Shown: positions 30,175 to 41,067, numbered from the stretch's first letter. The stretch: DNA of 64,000 nt from an uncultured bacterium (GCA_937996235.1 CALKVK010000033.1:58722-122721), one strand, 5' to 3'. The notes: a model not told the origin generated them from the letters alone. A program made the numbers and translations.

Positions 30175-33100
30175 TCAGGAGCAGCCTGTCGTCGCTCCGC
30201 AGCCGACGCACTTGAGGCAGGTGCCGTTGCGCACCAGCATGAACTGCCCGCAGTCCGGGCACGGATCGCCCTCGAACCCCTTGAGGCGCGCTTGCGCGAT
30301 CGCGTCGGCCAACGAGACGCGACCCGGCTTCGTGGAGCGTGCCGGAGCGGCTGCTGTCGCGAGCCGGGATACCCCGGGAGCTCGTGCCGGAGCCGCGACC
30401 GCCGTGGCGCCCGTGGAGCCGTTCATCGAGGCGCTCCCGCCCGAGATCAGAGCGTGTCCGCCGAGACCGATGCCCGAACGGCGTGCCTGCGGCGGTGACG
30501 AGACGTCGCGCGTCTCGACCGGCGTCGCCTGCGCCACGGTGTCCTCGGCCGAGGGATCGTCGTCGTCCGACGCGAACAGCGGCAGGTTCGTCGCCTCCGC
30601 CGGCGCGACCGTGTCGTTGCGCAGGTCCTCGGGCTCGACCTGACAGAGATCCGTGCGGTCCAGGTAGTTGATGGCGAGGTCCCGGAACACGTAGTCGATC
30701 ACGGATGTGCACATCTTCACGGTGTCGTGGCCCTGCACCATGCCGTTCGGCTCGAAGCGCGAGAACACGAACGCGTCCACGAACTCCTGCAGCGGCACCC
30801 CGTGCTGCAGCCCGAGCGAGACGGCGATGGCGAAGCTGTTCATGAGGCTGCGGAAGGCCGCACCCTCCTTCGCCATGTCGAGGAAGATCTCGCCGAGCGC
30901 GCCGTCGGCGTACTCGCCCGTGCGCACGTAGATCTTGTGCCCTGCGATCACGGCCTTCTGCGTGTAGCCGCGGCGTCGGAACGGCAGCTTGCGCCGCTCG
31001 GCCTGGTACTGCACGACGATCCGTTCGCGGACCTGCTCGGCTGCCTGCCGCGCGACGGCCTTGATCTCGTCGTGCCGCGAGACGACCTCGGGTTCCTCGT
31101 GCTCCTCCTCGTCGTCGTCCGACGCCACGTTCAGCGGCTGCGACAGCTTCGACCCGTCGCGATAGAGCGCGACGGCCTTCAGCATGGCACGCCAGCCGTC
31201 GACGTACGCCTTCTTGACGTCGTCGATGGACGCGTCGCTCGGCATGTTGATCGTCTTGCTGATGGCACCGGAGAGGAACGGCTGCGCAGCCGCCATCATC
31301 TCGATGTGGGCGCCGACGGCGATGAACCGTCGACCCTTCCGGCCGCAGCGGTTCGCGCAGTCGAACACCGGCAGGTGCTCCTCCCGCAGGTGCGGCGCTC
31401 CCTCGACGGTCATCGACCCGCAGCAGAAGTCGTTTGCCGCGTCGACGTCCTCGCGCGTGAACCCGATCGCCCGCAGCAGGTCGAACCCGGGCTCGGCCAT
31501 CTGCGCCTCGGTGAGGTGCAGCACGTCGCGGCAGAACTCCTCGCCGAGCGTCCACCGGTTGAACACGAACGATACGTCGAACGCCCCCTCGAGCTGTGCT
31601 TCGACGAGCTTCAGCTTCTCGTCCGTGAAGCCCTTCGCACGCAGCGCGTCGTGCCCGACACCCGGCGCGCCGCGGAGCGTCTTCGCGCCGAGTACGTAGC
31701 GCTCGACGGCTGCGGCCTGCTGCGCCGAGTAGCCGAGTGTGCGCAGCGCCGACGGCAGGCTCTGGTTGATGATCTTGAAGTAGCCGCCGCCGGCCAGCTT
31801 CTTGTACTTCACCAGCGCGAAGTCCGGCTCGATCCCCGTCGTGTCGCAGTCCATGACGAGACCGATCGTGCCGGTCGGGGCGATCACGGTGACCTGCGCG
31901 TTGCGGTATCCGTGGCGTTCGCCGAGCTCGAGCGCCCGATCCCACGCGGACCGCGCGGCGCGGAGGAGATCGTCCGGGCACGCCGTCGGATCGAGCGCGC
32001 GTGGGGCGACGGTCAGACCCTCGTACTCGGACGCGGGAGCGGCGTGCGCGGCGCGGCGGTGGTTCCGCATCACTCGCAGCATGTGGTCGCGGTTGCGGAC
32101 GTAGCCGGGGAACGCGCCGAGCTCGGCGGCCATCTCGGCCGACGTCGCGTACGACTCTCCGGTCAGGATCGCGGTCAGCGCGCCGCACGTCGCATACCCG
32201 CGCGCGCTCGCGTACGGCACACCGCTGCGCATGAGCAGCGTTCCCAGGTTCGCGTAACCGAGTCCGAGCGTGCGGAACTCGTACGAGAGTTGCGCGATGC
32301 GGCGGCTGGGGTACATCGCCATCATCACGCTGATCTCGAGCACGATCGTCCAGAGGCGGATTGCGTGCCGGTACCCGTCGATGTCGAACGTGCCGTCGTC
32401 GCGCAGGAACTTCACGAGGTTGATCGACGCCAGGTTGCACGCCGTGTCGTCGAGGAACATGTACTCGCTGCACGGATTGCTCGCATTGATGCGGCCGTCC
32501 GCCGGGCACGTGTGCCACTCGTTGATCGTCCCGTCGTACTGCACGCCCGGATCGGCGCAGGCCCAGGCGGAGTATGCGATCTTCTCGAACAGGTCCTCCG
32601 CGGGGATCGACCGCGCGAGCCCGCCGTCGGTGCGGCGCGTGAGGCGCCACTCGGCCCCTGCGTCCAGAGCCGTGAAGAACTCGTTCGGGATGCGGACGGA
32701 GTTGTTCGAGTTCTGGCCCGAGACCGTGGCGTAGGCCTCGCCGTTCCAGTCGGTGTCGTACGTCGAGAACGGGTACACGGTCCAGCCCTGGTCCGCGAGC
32801 TGCAGCGCGCGCTGGACGTAGCGCTCCGGGACCTTCGCGGCGCGCGCGGCCCGCAGCGCGCGGCGCAGACCGGCGTTCTGCGCCGGATCGACGACGCGCT
32901 CGGTACGCCCGTCCGGCTGCGTCACGACGACCGCCGCGACGACCGCGTCGAGCCGTTCCTTGCAGTGCCGCGCGCCGGCGACGAGGGCGGCGACCTTCTC
33001 CTCCTCGTGCACCTTCCACGTCACGAAGTGCTCGATGTCCGGGTGGTCGAGATCGAGGCAGACCATCTTGGCGGCGCGCCGGGTCGTGCCGCCCGACTTG

Positions 33101-33855
33101 ATCGCGCCCGCGGCGCGGTCACCGATCTTGAGGAACGACATCAGGCCCGACGAGCGGCCTCCGCCCGAGAGGCGCTCGTTCTCGCCGCGCAGCCGCGAGA
33201 AGTTCGTGCCGGTACCGCTGCCGTACTTGAAGAGTCGCGCCTCGCGCGTCCACAGGTCCATGATCCCGCCCTCGCCGACGAGGTCGTCGGCGACGGACTG
33301 GATGAAGCAGGCGTGCGGCTGCGGCCGGCCGTAGGCGGACTCGGCCTGGCGCAACTCGCCGCTCGTCTCGTCGACGTACCAGTGCCCCTGCGGCGGGCCC
33401 TCGATGCCGTACGCCCAGTTGAGGCCCGTGTTGAACCACTGCGGGGAGTTCGGAGCGCAGATCTGCGCCGCGAGCATGTACTCGAGCTCGTCCTGGAACG
33501 CGTCGGCGTCCGCGCTGCCGTGGAAGTAGCCCGCCTTCTCGCCCCAGTGACGCCAGCACCCGGCCAGGCGGTGGAACACCTGACGGCAGTCGGTCTCGCC
33601 GCCGAGCAGCGGAGCGCCCTCGGCGTCGACGCGCGGCCGGCCGTCCGCGTCGCGCTGCGGCACGCCGGCCTTGCGGAAGTACTTCTGAGCGATGATGTCG
33701 GTCGCCACCTGCGACCAGTCGGCGGGGACGTCGATCCCCTCGAGTCGGAAGACCACCGAGCCGTCCGTGTTCCGGATCTCCGAAGTGCGCTGGACGAACC
33801 GGATGCCCGCGTAGGGGCCCTCACCCGCCTTCGTGAACCGCCGCTCGATCTTCAC
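30175..33855 (-). CDS. nrdJ: Adenosylcobalamin-dependent ribonucleotide reductase, class II (NrdJ), long form with C-terminal CxxC...CxxC zinc-ribbon
   Basis: The start is set at the GTG at 33853-33855, 6 nt after AGGAGG; the ATG at 33897 is an alternative. Matches include '[11 protein letters not shown]', '[10 protein letters not shown]', 'HACFIQSV', '[11 protein letters not shown]' and 'NPCSEY'. The C-terminal tail is '[22 protein letters not shown]'. Confidence 0.9.
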   Translation of the reverse strand: MKIERRFTKAGEGPYAGIRFVQRTSEIRNTDGSVVFRLEGIDVPADWSQVATDIIAQKYFRKAGVPQRDADGRPRVDAEGAPLLGGETDCRQVFHRLAGCWRHWGEKAGYFHGSADADAFQDELEYMLAAQICAPNSPQWFNTGLNWAYGIEGPPQGHWYVDETSGELRQAESAYGRPQPHACFIQSVADDLVGEGGIMDLWTREARLFKYGSGTGTNFSRLRGENERLSGGGRSSGLMSFLKIGDRAAGAIKSGGTTRRAAKMVCLDLDHPDIEHFVTWKVHEEEKVAALVAGARHCKERLDAVVAAVVVTQPDGRTERVVDPAQNAGLRRALRAARAAKVPERYVQRALQLADQGWTVYPFSTYDTDWNGEAYATVSGQNSNNSVRIPNEFFTALDAGAEWRLTRRTDGGLARSIPAEDLFEKIAYSAWACADPGVQYDGTINEWHTCPADGRINASNPCSEYMFLDDTACNLASINLVKFLRDDGTFDIDGYRHAIRLWTIVLEISVMMAMYPSRRIAQLSYEFRTLGLGYANLGTLLMRSGVPYASARGYATCGALTAILTGESYATSAEMAAELGAFPGYVRNRDHMLRVMRNHRRAAHAAPASEYEGLTVAPRALDPTACPDDLLRAARSAWDRALELGERHGYRNAQVTVIAPTGTIGLVMDCDTTGIEPDFALVKYKKLAGGGYFKIINQSLPSALRTLGYSAQQAAAVERYVLGAKTLRGAPGVGHDALRAKGFTDEKLKLVEAQLEGAFDVSFVFNRWTLGEEFCRDVLHLTEAQMAEPGFDLLRAIGFTREDVDAANDFCCGSMTVEGAPHLREEHLPVFDCANRCGRKGRRFIAVGAHIEMMAAAQPFLSGAISKTINMPSDASIDDVKKAYVDGWRAMLKAVALYRDGSKLSQPLNVASDDDEEEHEEPEVVSRHDEIKAVARQAAEQVRERIVVQYQAERRKLPFRRRGYTQKAVIAGHKIYVRTGEYADGALGEIFLDMAKEGAAFRSLMNSFAIAVSLGLQHGVPLQEFVDAFVFSRFEPNGMVQGHDTVKMCTSVIDYVFRDLAINYLDRTDLCQVEPEDLRNDTVAPAEATNLPLFASDDDDPSAEDTVAQATPVETRDVSSPPQARRSGIGLGGHALISGGSASMNGSTGATAVAAPARAPGVSRLATAAAPARSTKPGRVSLADAIAQARLKGFEGDPCPDCGQFMLVRNGTCLKCVGCGATTGCS

Positions 33856-34163
33856 GTCCGCCTCCTGCGTACCGAGGTCGTGGACGCCGCGATGCATCGC
33901 CGCACCGCCGCCCGCGACCGCCCCTCCCGTCGCCGTCCTGCCGCGTCGAACCGTCGTGTGCGCCGGCGACGGGCCGAAGACCCGGTCCGGCGCGTCCGCC
34001 GTGCACGAGCGCCCCCGCGTGGCGAACCCGGGGAGCGCTGCGCGGGACGCATCGGCCGACACGGCGCGACGCACCCCTCGGGCCTGCTCCGGAACGGCGC
34101 AGGCTCTCGGCTCTCCCTTCCGTCCGCCGTCCGGCCACGGGAGCCAACTCTCGGGCCGGACGA

Positions 34164-34205
34164 CTAGATATAGTAGCCAGCTAGCCCTGCCTACGCCACA
34201 TGTAG
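34164..34205 (-). promoter_or_regulatory. Two NrdR-box-like sites upstream of nrdJ
   Basis: Box 1 is CTAGATATAG (34164-34173), which matches the NrdR core CwAtATaTwG at 9 of 10 positions. Box 2 is CCACATGTAG (34196-34205), matching at 7 of 10. The centres are 32 bp apart, the usual tandem spacing. This is the only AT-rich patch in the 667-bp gap. Confidence 0.5.
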
Positions 34206-34522
34206 TTTCTTTGGCGCATCCGGCAGGTCCGCGTGCGCATCCGCCCCGTGCGTGCGCCGCGAGCCGCTCCGTAGCAGCGGGGGAGCGATCTTACGCCGCC
34301 GCACCGACAGGGTCCGGGCGACGCGCCGGCGACGCATCCCGCCACGTCGCGCGGCGGCCGCGTTCGCCCAGGGAGACGGCGCGCGGCGTCCGATGTCCCG
34401 CCCCGGCGCCGCGCGCCGCCCCGCGTACGCGCCGATCTCTCGTCGACGCCGACCGCCGCCTCGGCGCGGCGCTCCGAAGTGCGCGAGTCCCACGCGCGCC
34501 GCGGGCTAGATTCGCCGGGCTG

Positions 34523-35338
34523 ATGGAAGGTCTCGCCCGGTTCCTGATCGTGCTCGCTCCCGCCGTGTGGACGGCCTCCGCGGCGGCCTATCTCTCCGTG
34601 TTCGTCCGCGAGGACCGCGCGGCCGAGACCTGGGCCCGCCGCCTCGCGCTCACGGCGGTCGTCCTCCAACTCGCCGCCTCGGGCACCGTCGGCGCGCTGG
34701 GGCTGCCGATGGTCGCCTCCCCCGGGGGGGCGATCGCGTTCATGGGCCTCGCCGTCGCGGCGGTCCACCTCGTCCTCGAGTCCCGGATCGGTGTGCGCAC
34801 GATCGGCTTCTTCCCCGTGGCGATCGCGGCGGGCCTCTCGCTGGCCGGTGCGTCGACCGACGTTCTCCGCCGGCCGGAGACGCAGCTTCCCGCGTGGAGC
34901 ACGGGCGCCCACGTGCTCGGGGCGGTCCTCGCGTACGCGGGGCTGCTCCTCGCCGCCCTCTACGGCGCCCTTTACCTGCTGCAGCGGCGCGCCATGCGCC
35001 GGCGCCGCTTCGGGCTGCTGTGGGAGCGCCTGCCGTCACTCGAACTGCTCGACCAGTTCTCCTGGCGTTCGCTCGTCGCCGCCGCCGCGTTCCTCACGTT
35101 CTCGATCGCGATGGGGCACGTGATGGGCCGCTCCCCGGGCCTCGCGTTCGAGTACTCGGATCCGAAGATCATGTTCACGAACATGATCTGGCTCGCCGCG
35201 GTGCTGCTCGCGCTCAGCCGCGGATTCCACTGGCTGCGTCCGGCGCGCTCGGCGGCCGGGTGCCTGCTCCTCTTCGCATCGGCCGTGGGCAACATGCTCC
35301 TCGTCGACCTCGTCTCGCGCGTGCACCGGCCGCACTGA
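34523..35338 (+). CDS. hemX: Cytochrome c assembly (CcsA-like) family membrane protein in the HemX position upstream of hemA
   Basis: The ATG is at 34523. The 271-aa protein has about eight TM helices, with its stop overlapping the hemA ATG (TGATG). The layout matches the hemX-type gene of Bacillus hemAXCDBL operons. Confidence 0.65.
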   Translation: MEGLARFLIVLAPAVWTASAAAYLSVFVREDRAAETWARRLALTAVVLQLAASGTVGALGLPMVASPGGAIAFMGLAVAAVHLVLESRIGVRTIGFFPVAIAAGLSLAGASTDVLRRPETQLPAWSTGAHVLGAVLAYAGLLLAALYGALYLLQRRAMRRRRFGLLWERLPSLELLDQFSWRSLVAAAAFLTFSIAMGHVMGRSPGLAFEYSDPKIMFTNMIWLAAVLLALSRGFHWLRPARSAAGCLLLFASAVGNMLLVDLVSRVHRPH

Positions 35339-36609
35339 TGGAGCTCGTGGTCGTCGGACTGTCGCACCACTCCGCGCCGCTGGCGCTGCGCGAGAGCGTC
35401 GCTCTGCGCCCCGACGAGCTGCCCGGCGCGCTGGAGGCTCTCGTGCGCGCGGACGGACTCGCAGAGGCGCTCGTCCTCTCCACGTGCAATCGCACGGAGA
35501 TCTACGGTCGGGCGCGCGACGGGCGCGGCAGCGCAGCGGCCCTCGACGCGCTCGACCGCGTGCGCCCGACCGTCGCGGACGCCCTGCGGCGCCACGGCTA
35601 CGCGCTCGGCGGCGACCAGGCCATCGACCACCTCTTCCGTGTCGTCTCGGGGCTCGACTCGATGATCGTCGGCGAGCACGAGATCGCGGGCCAGATGAGC
35701 CGCGCGTACGGCCTCGCGTGCTCCGTCGGGACCGCCGGGCCGCTCCTGCACCGTGCCGTGCCGCGCGCGCTGCAGGTCGGGCGGCGCGTCCGGGCGGAGA
35801 CGGCGCTCGCCCGCGGGATCGCGAGCGTCGCCGGCGCCGCCGTCGGGCTCGCGGACCGCGTGTTCCGCGACCTCGCGACGTGCCGACTCGTCGGCATCGG
35901 CGCGGGCGACACGGTCGCGACCGCGTTGCGCGCGCTCCGCGGGCGCGCCACCGGCCCCCTCGTCGTCCTCAACCGGACGCTCGAGCGCGCTCAGGCGCTC
36001 GCGGGGGAACTGGGCGGAGAGAGCGGCGGGCTCGACGACGTCGCGGCGCGCGTCGCCGCCGCCGACATCGTCGTCGCCGCGACGGATGCGCCCGAGCCGC
36101 TCGTACGACTGCGCGACCTCCAGCCGCTGCTGCGAGCGCGCCGCGAGCGCGCGCTCCTGCTGCTCGACCTCGGCGTACCGCGCGACGTCGAGCCGTCGAT
36201 CCGCGACCTGAACGGCGTGTACGTCTACGACCTCGACGACCTGCAGGCCATCGCCGAGCGCGGGTTGTACGCGCGGCACGCGGAGATCCCGAAGGCCGAG
36301 GCGATCGTCGCCGGCGCGGTCTCCGAGTTCCGCCGACGGCGCGCGGGTCTCGAGGCGCAGCCCGCGATCCGTGCGCTGCTCGACGAACTGCTGGAGCTGC
36401 GGCGCGACGCGATCGAGGGCGACCGCGCCCTCGCCGCGACGGAGCGCGAGGCCGCCGAGCGCGTGACGGGGCGGCTCGTCGACAAGCTGCTGCGCCGCCT
36501 CGCGCCGCGGATGAAGGACGGAACCGTGGATCCGGGCGCGTTGCTCGAGATCTTCGGTGTGGAGCATCGGCCGCCGGCGGTCGATGCCGCGGACGGGAGC
36601 ACGGAGTGA
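35338..36609 (+). CDS. hemA: Glutamyl-tRNA reductase
   Basis: 'VVGLSHHSAPLALRE', the active-site Cys in 'LVLSTCNRTEIY', 'HLFRVVSGLDSMIVGEHEIAGQ' and the NADPH site 'VGIGAGDT' are all present. Confidence 0.9.
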   Translation: MELVVVGLSHHSAPLALRESVALRPDELPGALEALVRADGLAEALVLSTCNRTEIYGRARDGRGSAAALDALDRVRPTVADALRRHGYALGGDQAIDHLFRVVSGLDSMIVGEHEIAGQMSRAYGLACSVGTAGPLLHRAVPRALQVGRRVRAETALARGIASVAGAAVGLADRVFRDLATCRLVGIGAGDTVATALRALRGRATGPLVVLNRTLERAQALAGELGGESGGLDDVAARVAAADIVVAATDAPEPLVRLRDLQPLLRARRERALLLLDLGVPRDVEPSIRDLNGVYVYDLDDLQAIAERGLYARHAEIPKAEAIVAGAVSEFRRRRAGLEAQPAIRALLDELLELRRDAIEGDRALAATEREAAERVTGRLVDKLLRRLAPRMKDGTVDPGALLEIFGVEHRPPAVDAADGSTE

Positions 36610-37517
36610 GCACGATCCGGATCGGGACGCGCGGCAGCGCGCTGGCCCTCGCGCAGTCCCGCGGCATCGCCGCCGACTTGGCGCGCGTCACCGGCGAGAT
36701 GCCCGAGATCGTCGTCGTGCGCACCATCGGCGACGCGGACCAGACGACGCGCCTCGCCGCGTTCGGCGGTGCGGGTGCGTTCACCACCGAGATCGACTCC
36801 GCGCAGCGCGAGGGGCGCTTCGAGGTCTCGGTGCACAGCCTGAAGGACCTGCCGACGCAGGGTCGCGACGGACTCGCGCTCGTGGCGGTGCCGCCGCGTG
36901 CTCCCGTCGAGGACTGCCTCGTCGCCCGCGACGGGGCGACCCTTGCGACGCTCCGCCACGGCGCCGTGGTCGGAACCGGGAGCGAGCGCCGGCGCGCCGC
37001 GTTGCGCCGGCTCCGGCCGGACCTCGAGCTCGTCGCGATCCGCGGGAACGTCGACACGCGCCTGCGTCGCGTCCGCGACGGCGACGTGGACGCGACGCTG
37101 CTCGCGCGCGCGGGACTCACGCGGCTGTCGCTGCTCGACGCCGTGACCGAGGTGATCGACGCCGACGTCCTCGTCCCGGCAGCGGGGCAGGGCGCGCTCG
37201 CGATCGTCGTTCGCGAGGACGCGCCCGAGAGCGTCCACGCGGCCGTGCGCCGCCTCGACCACGCGGAGACGCGCGCGGAGATCGTCGCGGAGCGCGCCGT
37301 CCTCGCGCGCCTCGGCGGCGGCTGCCATCTGCCGCTCGGCGCGCTGGCACGCTGCCGCGACGGGCGCCTGCGCCTGCACGCGCGCGTGATCGCTCCGGAC
37401 GGCTCCGCCGAGCTGGACGAGCGCGCGGAGGGCGCGGCGGACGGGGCCGCTGCGCTCGGCGACCTGCTGGGTGCGCGCCTGGTCGACGCGGGGGCGCACG
37501 CGCTCCTCGGGACGTGA
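36606..37517 (+). CDS. hemC: Hydroxymethylbilane synthase (porphobilinogen deaminase)
   Basis: The GTG start overlaps the hemA stop (GTGA). Matches are 'IRIGTRGSALALAQS', 'SVHSLKDLPT', 'VGTGSERRRAAL', 'IRGNVDTRL', and 'GGGCHLPLGA' containing the cofactor Cys. Confidence 0.9.
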   Translation: MSTIRIGTRGSALALAQSRGIAADLARVTGEMPEIVVVRTIGDADQTTRLAAFGGAGAFTTEIDSAQREGRFEVSVHSLKDLPTQGRDGLALVAVPPRAPVEDCLVARDGATLATLRHGAVVGTGSERRRAALRRLRPDLELVAIRGNVDTRLRRVRDGDVDATLLARAGLTRLSLLDAVTEVIDADVLVPAAGQGALAIVVREDAPESVHAAVRRLDHAETRAEIVAERAVLARLGGGCHLPLGALARCRDGRLRLHARVIAPDGSAELDERAEGAADGAAALGDLLGARLVDAGAHALLGT

Positions 37518-38242
37518 CCGAGCGGCGGGTCGCCCTCGTCAAGAGCGCCGGGCGCGCGGACGCGTTCGCCGTGGCGTTGCGCGCGGCCGGATTCGTGCCC
37601 GTGCTCGTGTCCCCGTTCCAGCGCGAGCCCATCCCCCAGGGGGAGCAGGAGCTCGCGCGCGCGCTGGCCTACGCGCTCGGGCTCGCCGTCGCTCCGCGCC
37701 GCGCGAGCGTGTGGGTGGCCGTCACCAGTGCCCACGCGGTGCCGGCCCTCGAGGCCGTGCGCCATCTGCTGCCTGCCGCCCGGCTCGCGGCCGTCGGCGC
37801 CGGGACCGCCACGGCGCTGCACGCCGCGGGGCTGCGTGCGCACGTGGTCGGCGACGCGGGCGGCGCCGGGCTGGCCGAGCGCATGCTCGATGCCGGGCTC
37901 GGTCGCGGGGACGTGGTGCTGCACCCGTGCGCCATGGAGGCGCGCGTCGAGCTGCGCGCGACCCTCGCGGACGCCGGCGTCACGCTGCGGGCGCTGCCGG
38001 TGTACCGCATGACGGCCGACCCCGTCGGCGAGCGTGCCGCCGAGGGGGAGTTCCATGCGGTGGTCGTCACGAGCCCGCGGCTGGCCGAGCGCGCGCTCGA
38101 GCTGTTCCCTGCGAAGCCGCGCGTCGTCGCGATCGGCCGCACCACGGCCGCCGCGCTCCGCGACCTCGGATGGACACCGGCCGTCGTCGCCGCGACGCCG
38201 TCGCCTGCGGACGTCGCGGCAGCCGTCGGGGCGCTCGCGTGA
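37514..38242 (+). CDS. hemD: Uroporphyrinogen-III synthase
   Basis: The GTG start overlaps the hemC stop (GTGA). The 242-aa protein has a two-lobed HemD-like pattern ('VAVTSAHAV', 'VGAGTATAL', 'VVVTSPRLA', 'AIGRTTAAAL'). The hemC-hemD-hemB context supports the call. Confidence 0.75.
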   Translation: MTERRVALVKSAGRADAFAVALRAAGFVPVLVSPFQREPIPQGEQELARALAYALGLAVAPRRASVWVAVTSAHAVPALEAVRHLLPAARLAAVGAGTATALHAAGLRAHVVGDAGGAGLAERMLDAGLGRGDVVLHPCAMEARVELRATLADAGVTLRALPVYRMTADPVGERAAEGEFHAVVVTSPRLAERALELFPAKPRVVAIGRTTAAALRDLGWTPAVVAATPSPADVAAAVGALA

Positions 38243-38312
38243 CCGCGGTCGCAGATCGAGCCGCGTCGGCGGCTACCGTGGGGCGCTCGCCCCTGCTCCC
38301 GGAGGTCTCCCC

Positions 38313-39299
38313 GTGGCCTTTCCCACCGACCGCCCGCGCCGCCTGAGGCGCACGCCCGCGCTGCGCCGGCTCGTCCGCGAGACGGACGTGCTGCCGCGCC
38401 ACCTCGTCCAGCCGCTCTTTGTGGAGAGCGGCCTGGGCGTGCGGCGGCCGATCTCGTCCCTCGCCGGCCAGCACCGCTGGTCTCCCGACACCGTGGGCGA
38501 GATCGCGCGGCGCTGCGAGGAACTGGGCGTCCCCGCGGTCCTGCTGTTCGGCATCCCCTCGTCCAAGGACGCGGAGGGGAGCGGCGCGTGGCAGCCGGAC
38601 GGCGTGGTGCAGGAGGCGGTGCGCGCGATCCGCCGTGCCGCTCCGTCGCTCGTGATCGCATGCGACCTCTGCCTGTGCGAGTACACGTCGCACGGCCACT
38701 GCGGCGTGCTCCGCGACGGCGCCGTGCAGAACGACGAGACGCTCGAGCTCTACCGCCGCGTCGCGCTGTCGTACGCGGCGGCCGGCGCCGACGTCGTCGC
38801 GCCGAGCGGGATGATGGACGGGACCGTCGGCGCGCTGCGCGAGGCGCTCGACGACGCGGGGCGCGCGGACGTCGCGATCCTCGCCTACGCCGTGAAGTAC
38901 GCCTCCGCCTTTTACGGACCGTTCCGCGAGGCGGCCGAGAGCACGCCGCAGGAGGGCGACCGGCGCGGCTACCAGATGGACCCCGGCAACGCGCGCGAGG
39001 GCCTCCGCGAGGCGGCGCTCGACGAGCTCGAGGGCGCGGACATGCTGATGGTGAAGCCCGCCGGTCCGTACCTCGACGTCATCGCACGTCTGCGCGAACG
39101 CACGGAGCTGCCGCTCGCCGCCTACCAGGTCAGCGGCGAGTACGCGTCGCTGCACGCCGCCGCGGCCGCCGGTCTGCTCGACGGGCCCGCGGCGCTCCTC
39201 GAGGCGGTGCGCGGCATCCGCCGCGCCGGCGCCGACATCGTCATCACCTACGCCGCGCTCGATCTCGCGCAGGCGCACCGCGACCGGGGGATCTCGTGA
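38313..39299 (+). CDS. hemB: Porphobilinogen synthase (delta-aminolevulinate dehydratase), Zn-type
   Basis: The GTG at 38313 follows GGAGG. Matches are 'RPRRLRRT', the cysteine-rich metal site 'CDLCLCEYTSHGHCG', 'APSGMMDG', and the Schiff-base lysines in 'YAVKYASAFYGPFR' and 'MVKPA'. Confidence 0.9.
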   Translation: MAFPTDRPRRLRRTPALRRLVRETDVLPRHLVQPLFVESGLGVRRPISSLAGQHRWSPDTVGEIARRCEELGVPAVLLFGIPSSKDAEGSGAWQPDGVVQEAVRAIRRAAPSLVIACDLCLCEYTSHGHCGVLRDGAVQNDETLELYRRVALSYAAAGADVVAPSGMMDGTVGALREALDDAGRADVAILAYAVKYASAFYGPFREAAESTPQEGDRRGYQMDPGNAREGLREAALDELEGADMLMVKPAGPYLDVIARLRERTELPLAAYQVSGEYASLHAAAAAGLLDGPAALLEAVRGIRRAGADIVITYAALDLAQAHRDRGIS

Positions 39300-40594
39300 G
39301 GCCGAACCGCAACGCCCGACTCCAGGAGGCCGCGCGCGCCGTGCTGCCCGGAGGCGTCTCGTCGCCCGTGCGCGCCTTCCGCTCGGTCGGCGGCGTGCCG
39401 CCGACCATCCGCAGCGGACGCGGCGCGTGGGTGCGCGACGCGGACGGCCGCCGCTACGTCGACATGGTCTGCGCGTGGGGTGCGCAGATCCTCGGCCACG
39501 CGGACCCGCGCGTCGTCGCGGCGCTCCGTCGCCGCGCCGGACGCGGCACCGTGTTCGGCGCGCCTGCGATCGAGGAGACACAGCTCGCTCGCCTGATCCT
39601 GGGCGCGTTGCCGGGCCACGACCGCGTGCGCTTCGTCAGCACGGGCACCGAGGCGACGATGTCGGCGCTGCGGCTCGCGCGCGCCGTCACGGGACGCGAC
39701 CTCGTCCTCAAGTTCGCCGGCTGCTACCACGGCCACGCGGACGCGCTTCTCTCGTCGGCCGGCTCGGGCGCCCTCACGCTCGGGACGCCCGACTCGCCCG
39801 GCGTGCCGGCCGACTGGGCACGCACGACGCTGACCGCGCCGTACAACGACCTCGACGCGGTGCGCGCGGTTTTCGCGGCGCACGGGGCGCGCATCGCGGC
39901 GGTCATCGTCGAGCCGGTCGTCGGCAACATGGGGTGCATCCCCCCGGCCGACGGGTTCCTCGCGGGTCTGCGCGAGATCGCGCACGCGCACGGAGCGCTG
40001 CTCGTGCTCGACGAGGTGATGACCGGCTTCCGCGTCGCGTGGGGCGGCGCGCAGCGGCGGTTCGGCGTCGCGCCCGACCTGACCTGCCTCGCGAAGGTCA
40101 TCGGCGGCGGCCTGCCCGTCGGCGCGTACGCCGGACGCGCCGAACTCATGGACCGCGTCGCGCCGGCGGGGCCCGTCTACCAGGCGGGGACGCTCAGCGG
40201 GAACCCGATCTCCATGGCGGCCGGCATCACGACGCTCCGCGCGCTCCGCGGCAGCGACGCATACGAGCGCCTGGAGCGCGCGGGCGCCGCGCTCGAGGCC
40301 TCGCTCGCCGCGGCGGCTGCGCGTCACGGCGTGCCGGTGCGCGTGCAGCGCGTCGGCGCCATGCTCACCGTCTTCTTCGCCGAGCCGGGCCGGCCGCTGC
40401 GCTGCCTCGCCGACGTGCAGGCGTCGCGTACCGATCTGTTCCCGGTGTGGCACCGCGCGCTGCTCGAGCACGGCGTCTCGTGGCCGCCCTCCGCGTACGA
40501 GGCCGCGTTCCTCTCCGTGGCGCACGACGCCGACGCCCTCGCGCACGTCGCCGCCGCGGCCGACGCCGCCTTCGCAGCGGTCGCCGCGAGCTGA
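39296..40594 (+). CDS. hemL: Glutamate-1-semialdehyde 2,1-aminomutase
   Basis: The GTG start overlaps the hemB stop (GTGA). Matches are 'LPGGVSSPVRAF', 'FVSTGTEATMSALRLAR', 'DEVMTGFR', and the PLP lysine in 'TCLAKVIGGGLPVGAY'. Confidence 0.9.
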   Translation: MRPNRNARLQEAARAVLPGGVSSPVRAFRSVGGVPPTIRSGRGAWVRDADGRRYVDMVCAWGAQILGHADPRVVAALRRRAGRGTVFGAPAIEETQLARLILGALPGHDRVRFVSTGTEATMSALRLARAVTGRDLVLKFAGCYHGHADALLSSAGSGALTLGTPDSPGVPADWARTTLTAPYNDLDAVRAVFAAHGARIAAVIVEPVVGNMGCIPPADGFLAGLREIAHAHGALLVLDEVMTGFRVAWGGAQRRFGVAPDLTCLAKVIGGGLPVGAYAGRAELMDRVAPAGPVYQAGTLSGNPISMAAGITTLRALRGSDAYERLERAGAALEASLAAAAARHGVPVRVQRVGAMLTVFFAEPGRPLRCLADVQASRTDLFPVWHRALLEHGVSWPPSAYEAAFLSVAHDADALAHVAAAADAAFAAVAAS

Positions 40595-40658
40595 GCGGCC
40601 GACCCGCCACGCGCAGTCCTGTCTGGCGCGGACGGTGGCCACTGCCGAGACTGCGATC

Positions 40659-41048
40659 ATGCGCACGCTCCGCCTGACCGCCTGCCTGCTCCTCGCCGGG
40701 CTGCTGCCCGGCTGCATCGCCGCCGCCGTCGTCGTCGGCGCGGCCGCCGCGTACGGCTACGTCAGCTACGACGAGAACGGCGCGTTCCGCGACTTCCGCG
40801 TGAACGTCGACGACGCGTGGGAGGCGTCGCTCGGTGCGCTCGACTCGATGGGCTACGCGACGCCGAAGAAGGTGTCGTTCAGCGACGTGCGCGGCGAGAT
40901 CGACGTGCAGGACGTGCACCTGACCGTCACCGCGAACTCGTCGCTCTCGTCGCGCGTGCGCATCCGCGTCGGCACCTTCTCGACCGACGCGAACCGCGAG
41001 CGCGCCGCGCAGATCATCGAAGAGGTCGGGCGCCGCCTCGGCGACTGA
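40659..41048 (+). CDS. Small lipoprotein (DUF3568-like)
   Basis: The lipobox is 'LLAGLLPGC'. The 129-aa protein starts at the ATG at 40659; an upstream in-frame start at 40635 is less likely. Confidence 0.55.
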   Translation: MRTLRLTACLLLAGLLPGCIAAAVVVGAAAAYGYVSYDENGAFRDFRVNVDDAWEASLGALDSMGYATPKKVSFSDVRGEIDVQDVHLTVTANSSLSSRVRIRVGTFSTDANRERAAQIIEEVGRRLGD

Positions 41049-41067
41049 CGCGCGCGTCCCCGAGCCG

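Noticed and set aside
33856-34074. An N-terminal extension of the nrdJ ORF to the ATG at 34074 (1299 aa), or to the ATG at 33897.
   Set aside because: The extension is Arg/Gly/Ala-rich with no GC3 pattern. The GTG at 33855 has a canonical AGGAGG 6 nt upstream and starts exactly at the conserved 'KIERRFT' N-terminus.
34096-34113. A B12-box-like string (AGCCGAGAGCCTGC on the minus strand) in the nrdJ leader, suggesting a cobalamin riboswitch.
   Set aside because: It is one nucleotide shorter than the B12-box consensus AGCCAGGAGACCTGC. The other conserved cobalamin-riboswitch segments were not found. Repressing a B12-dependent enzyme by B12 would also be counter-intuitive. An Rfam scan would settle it.
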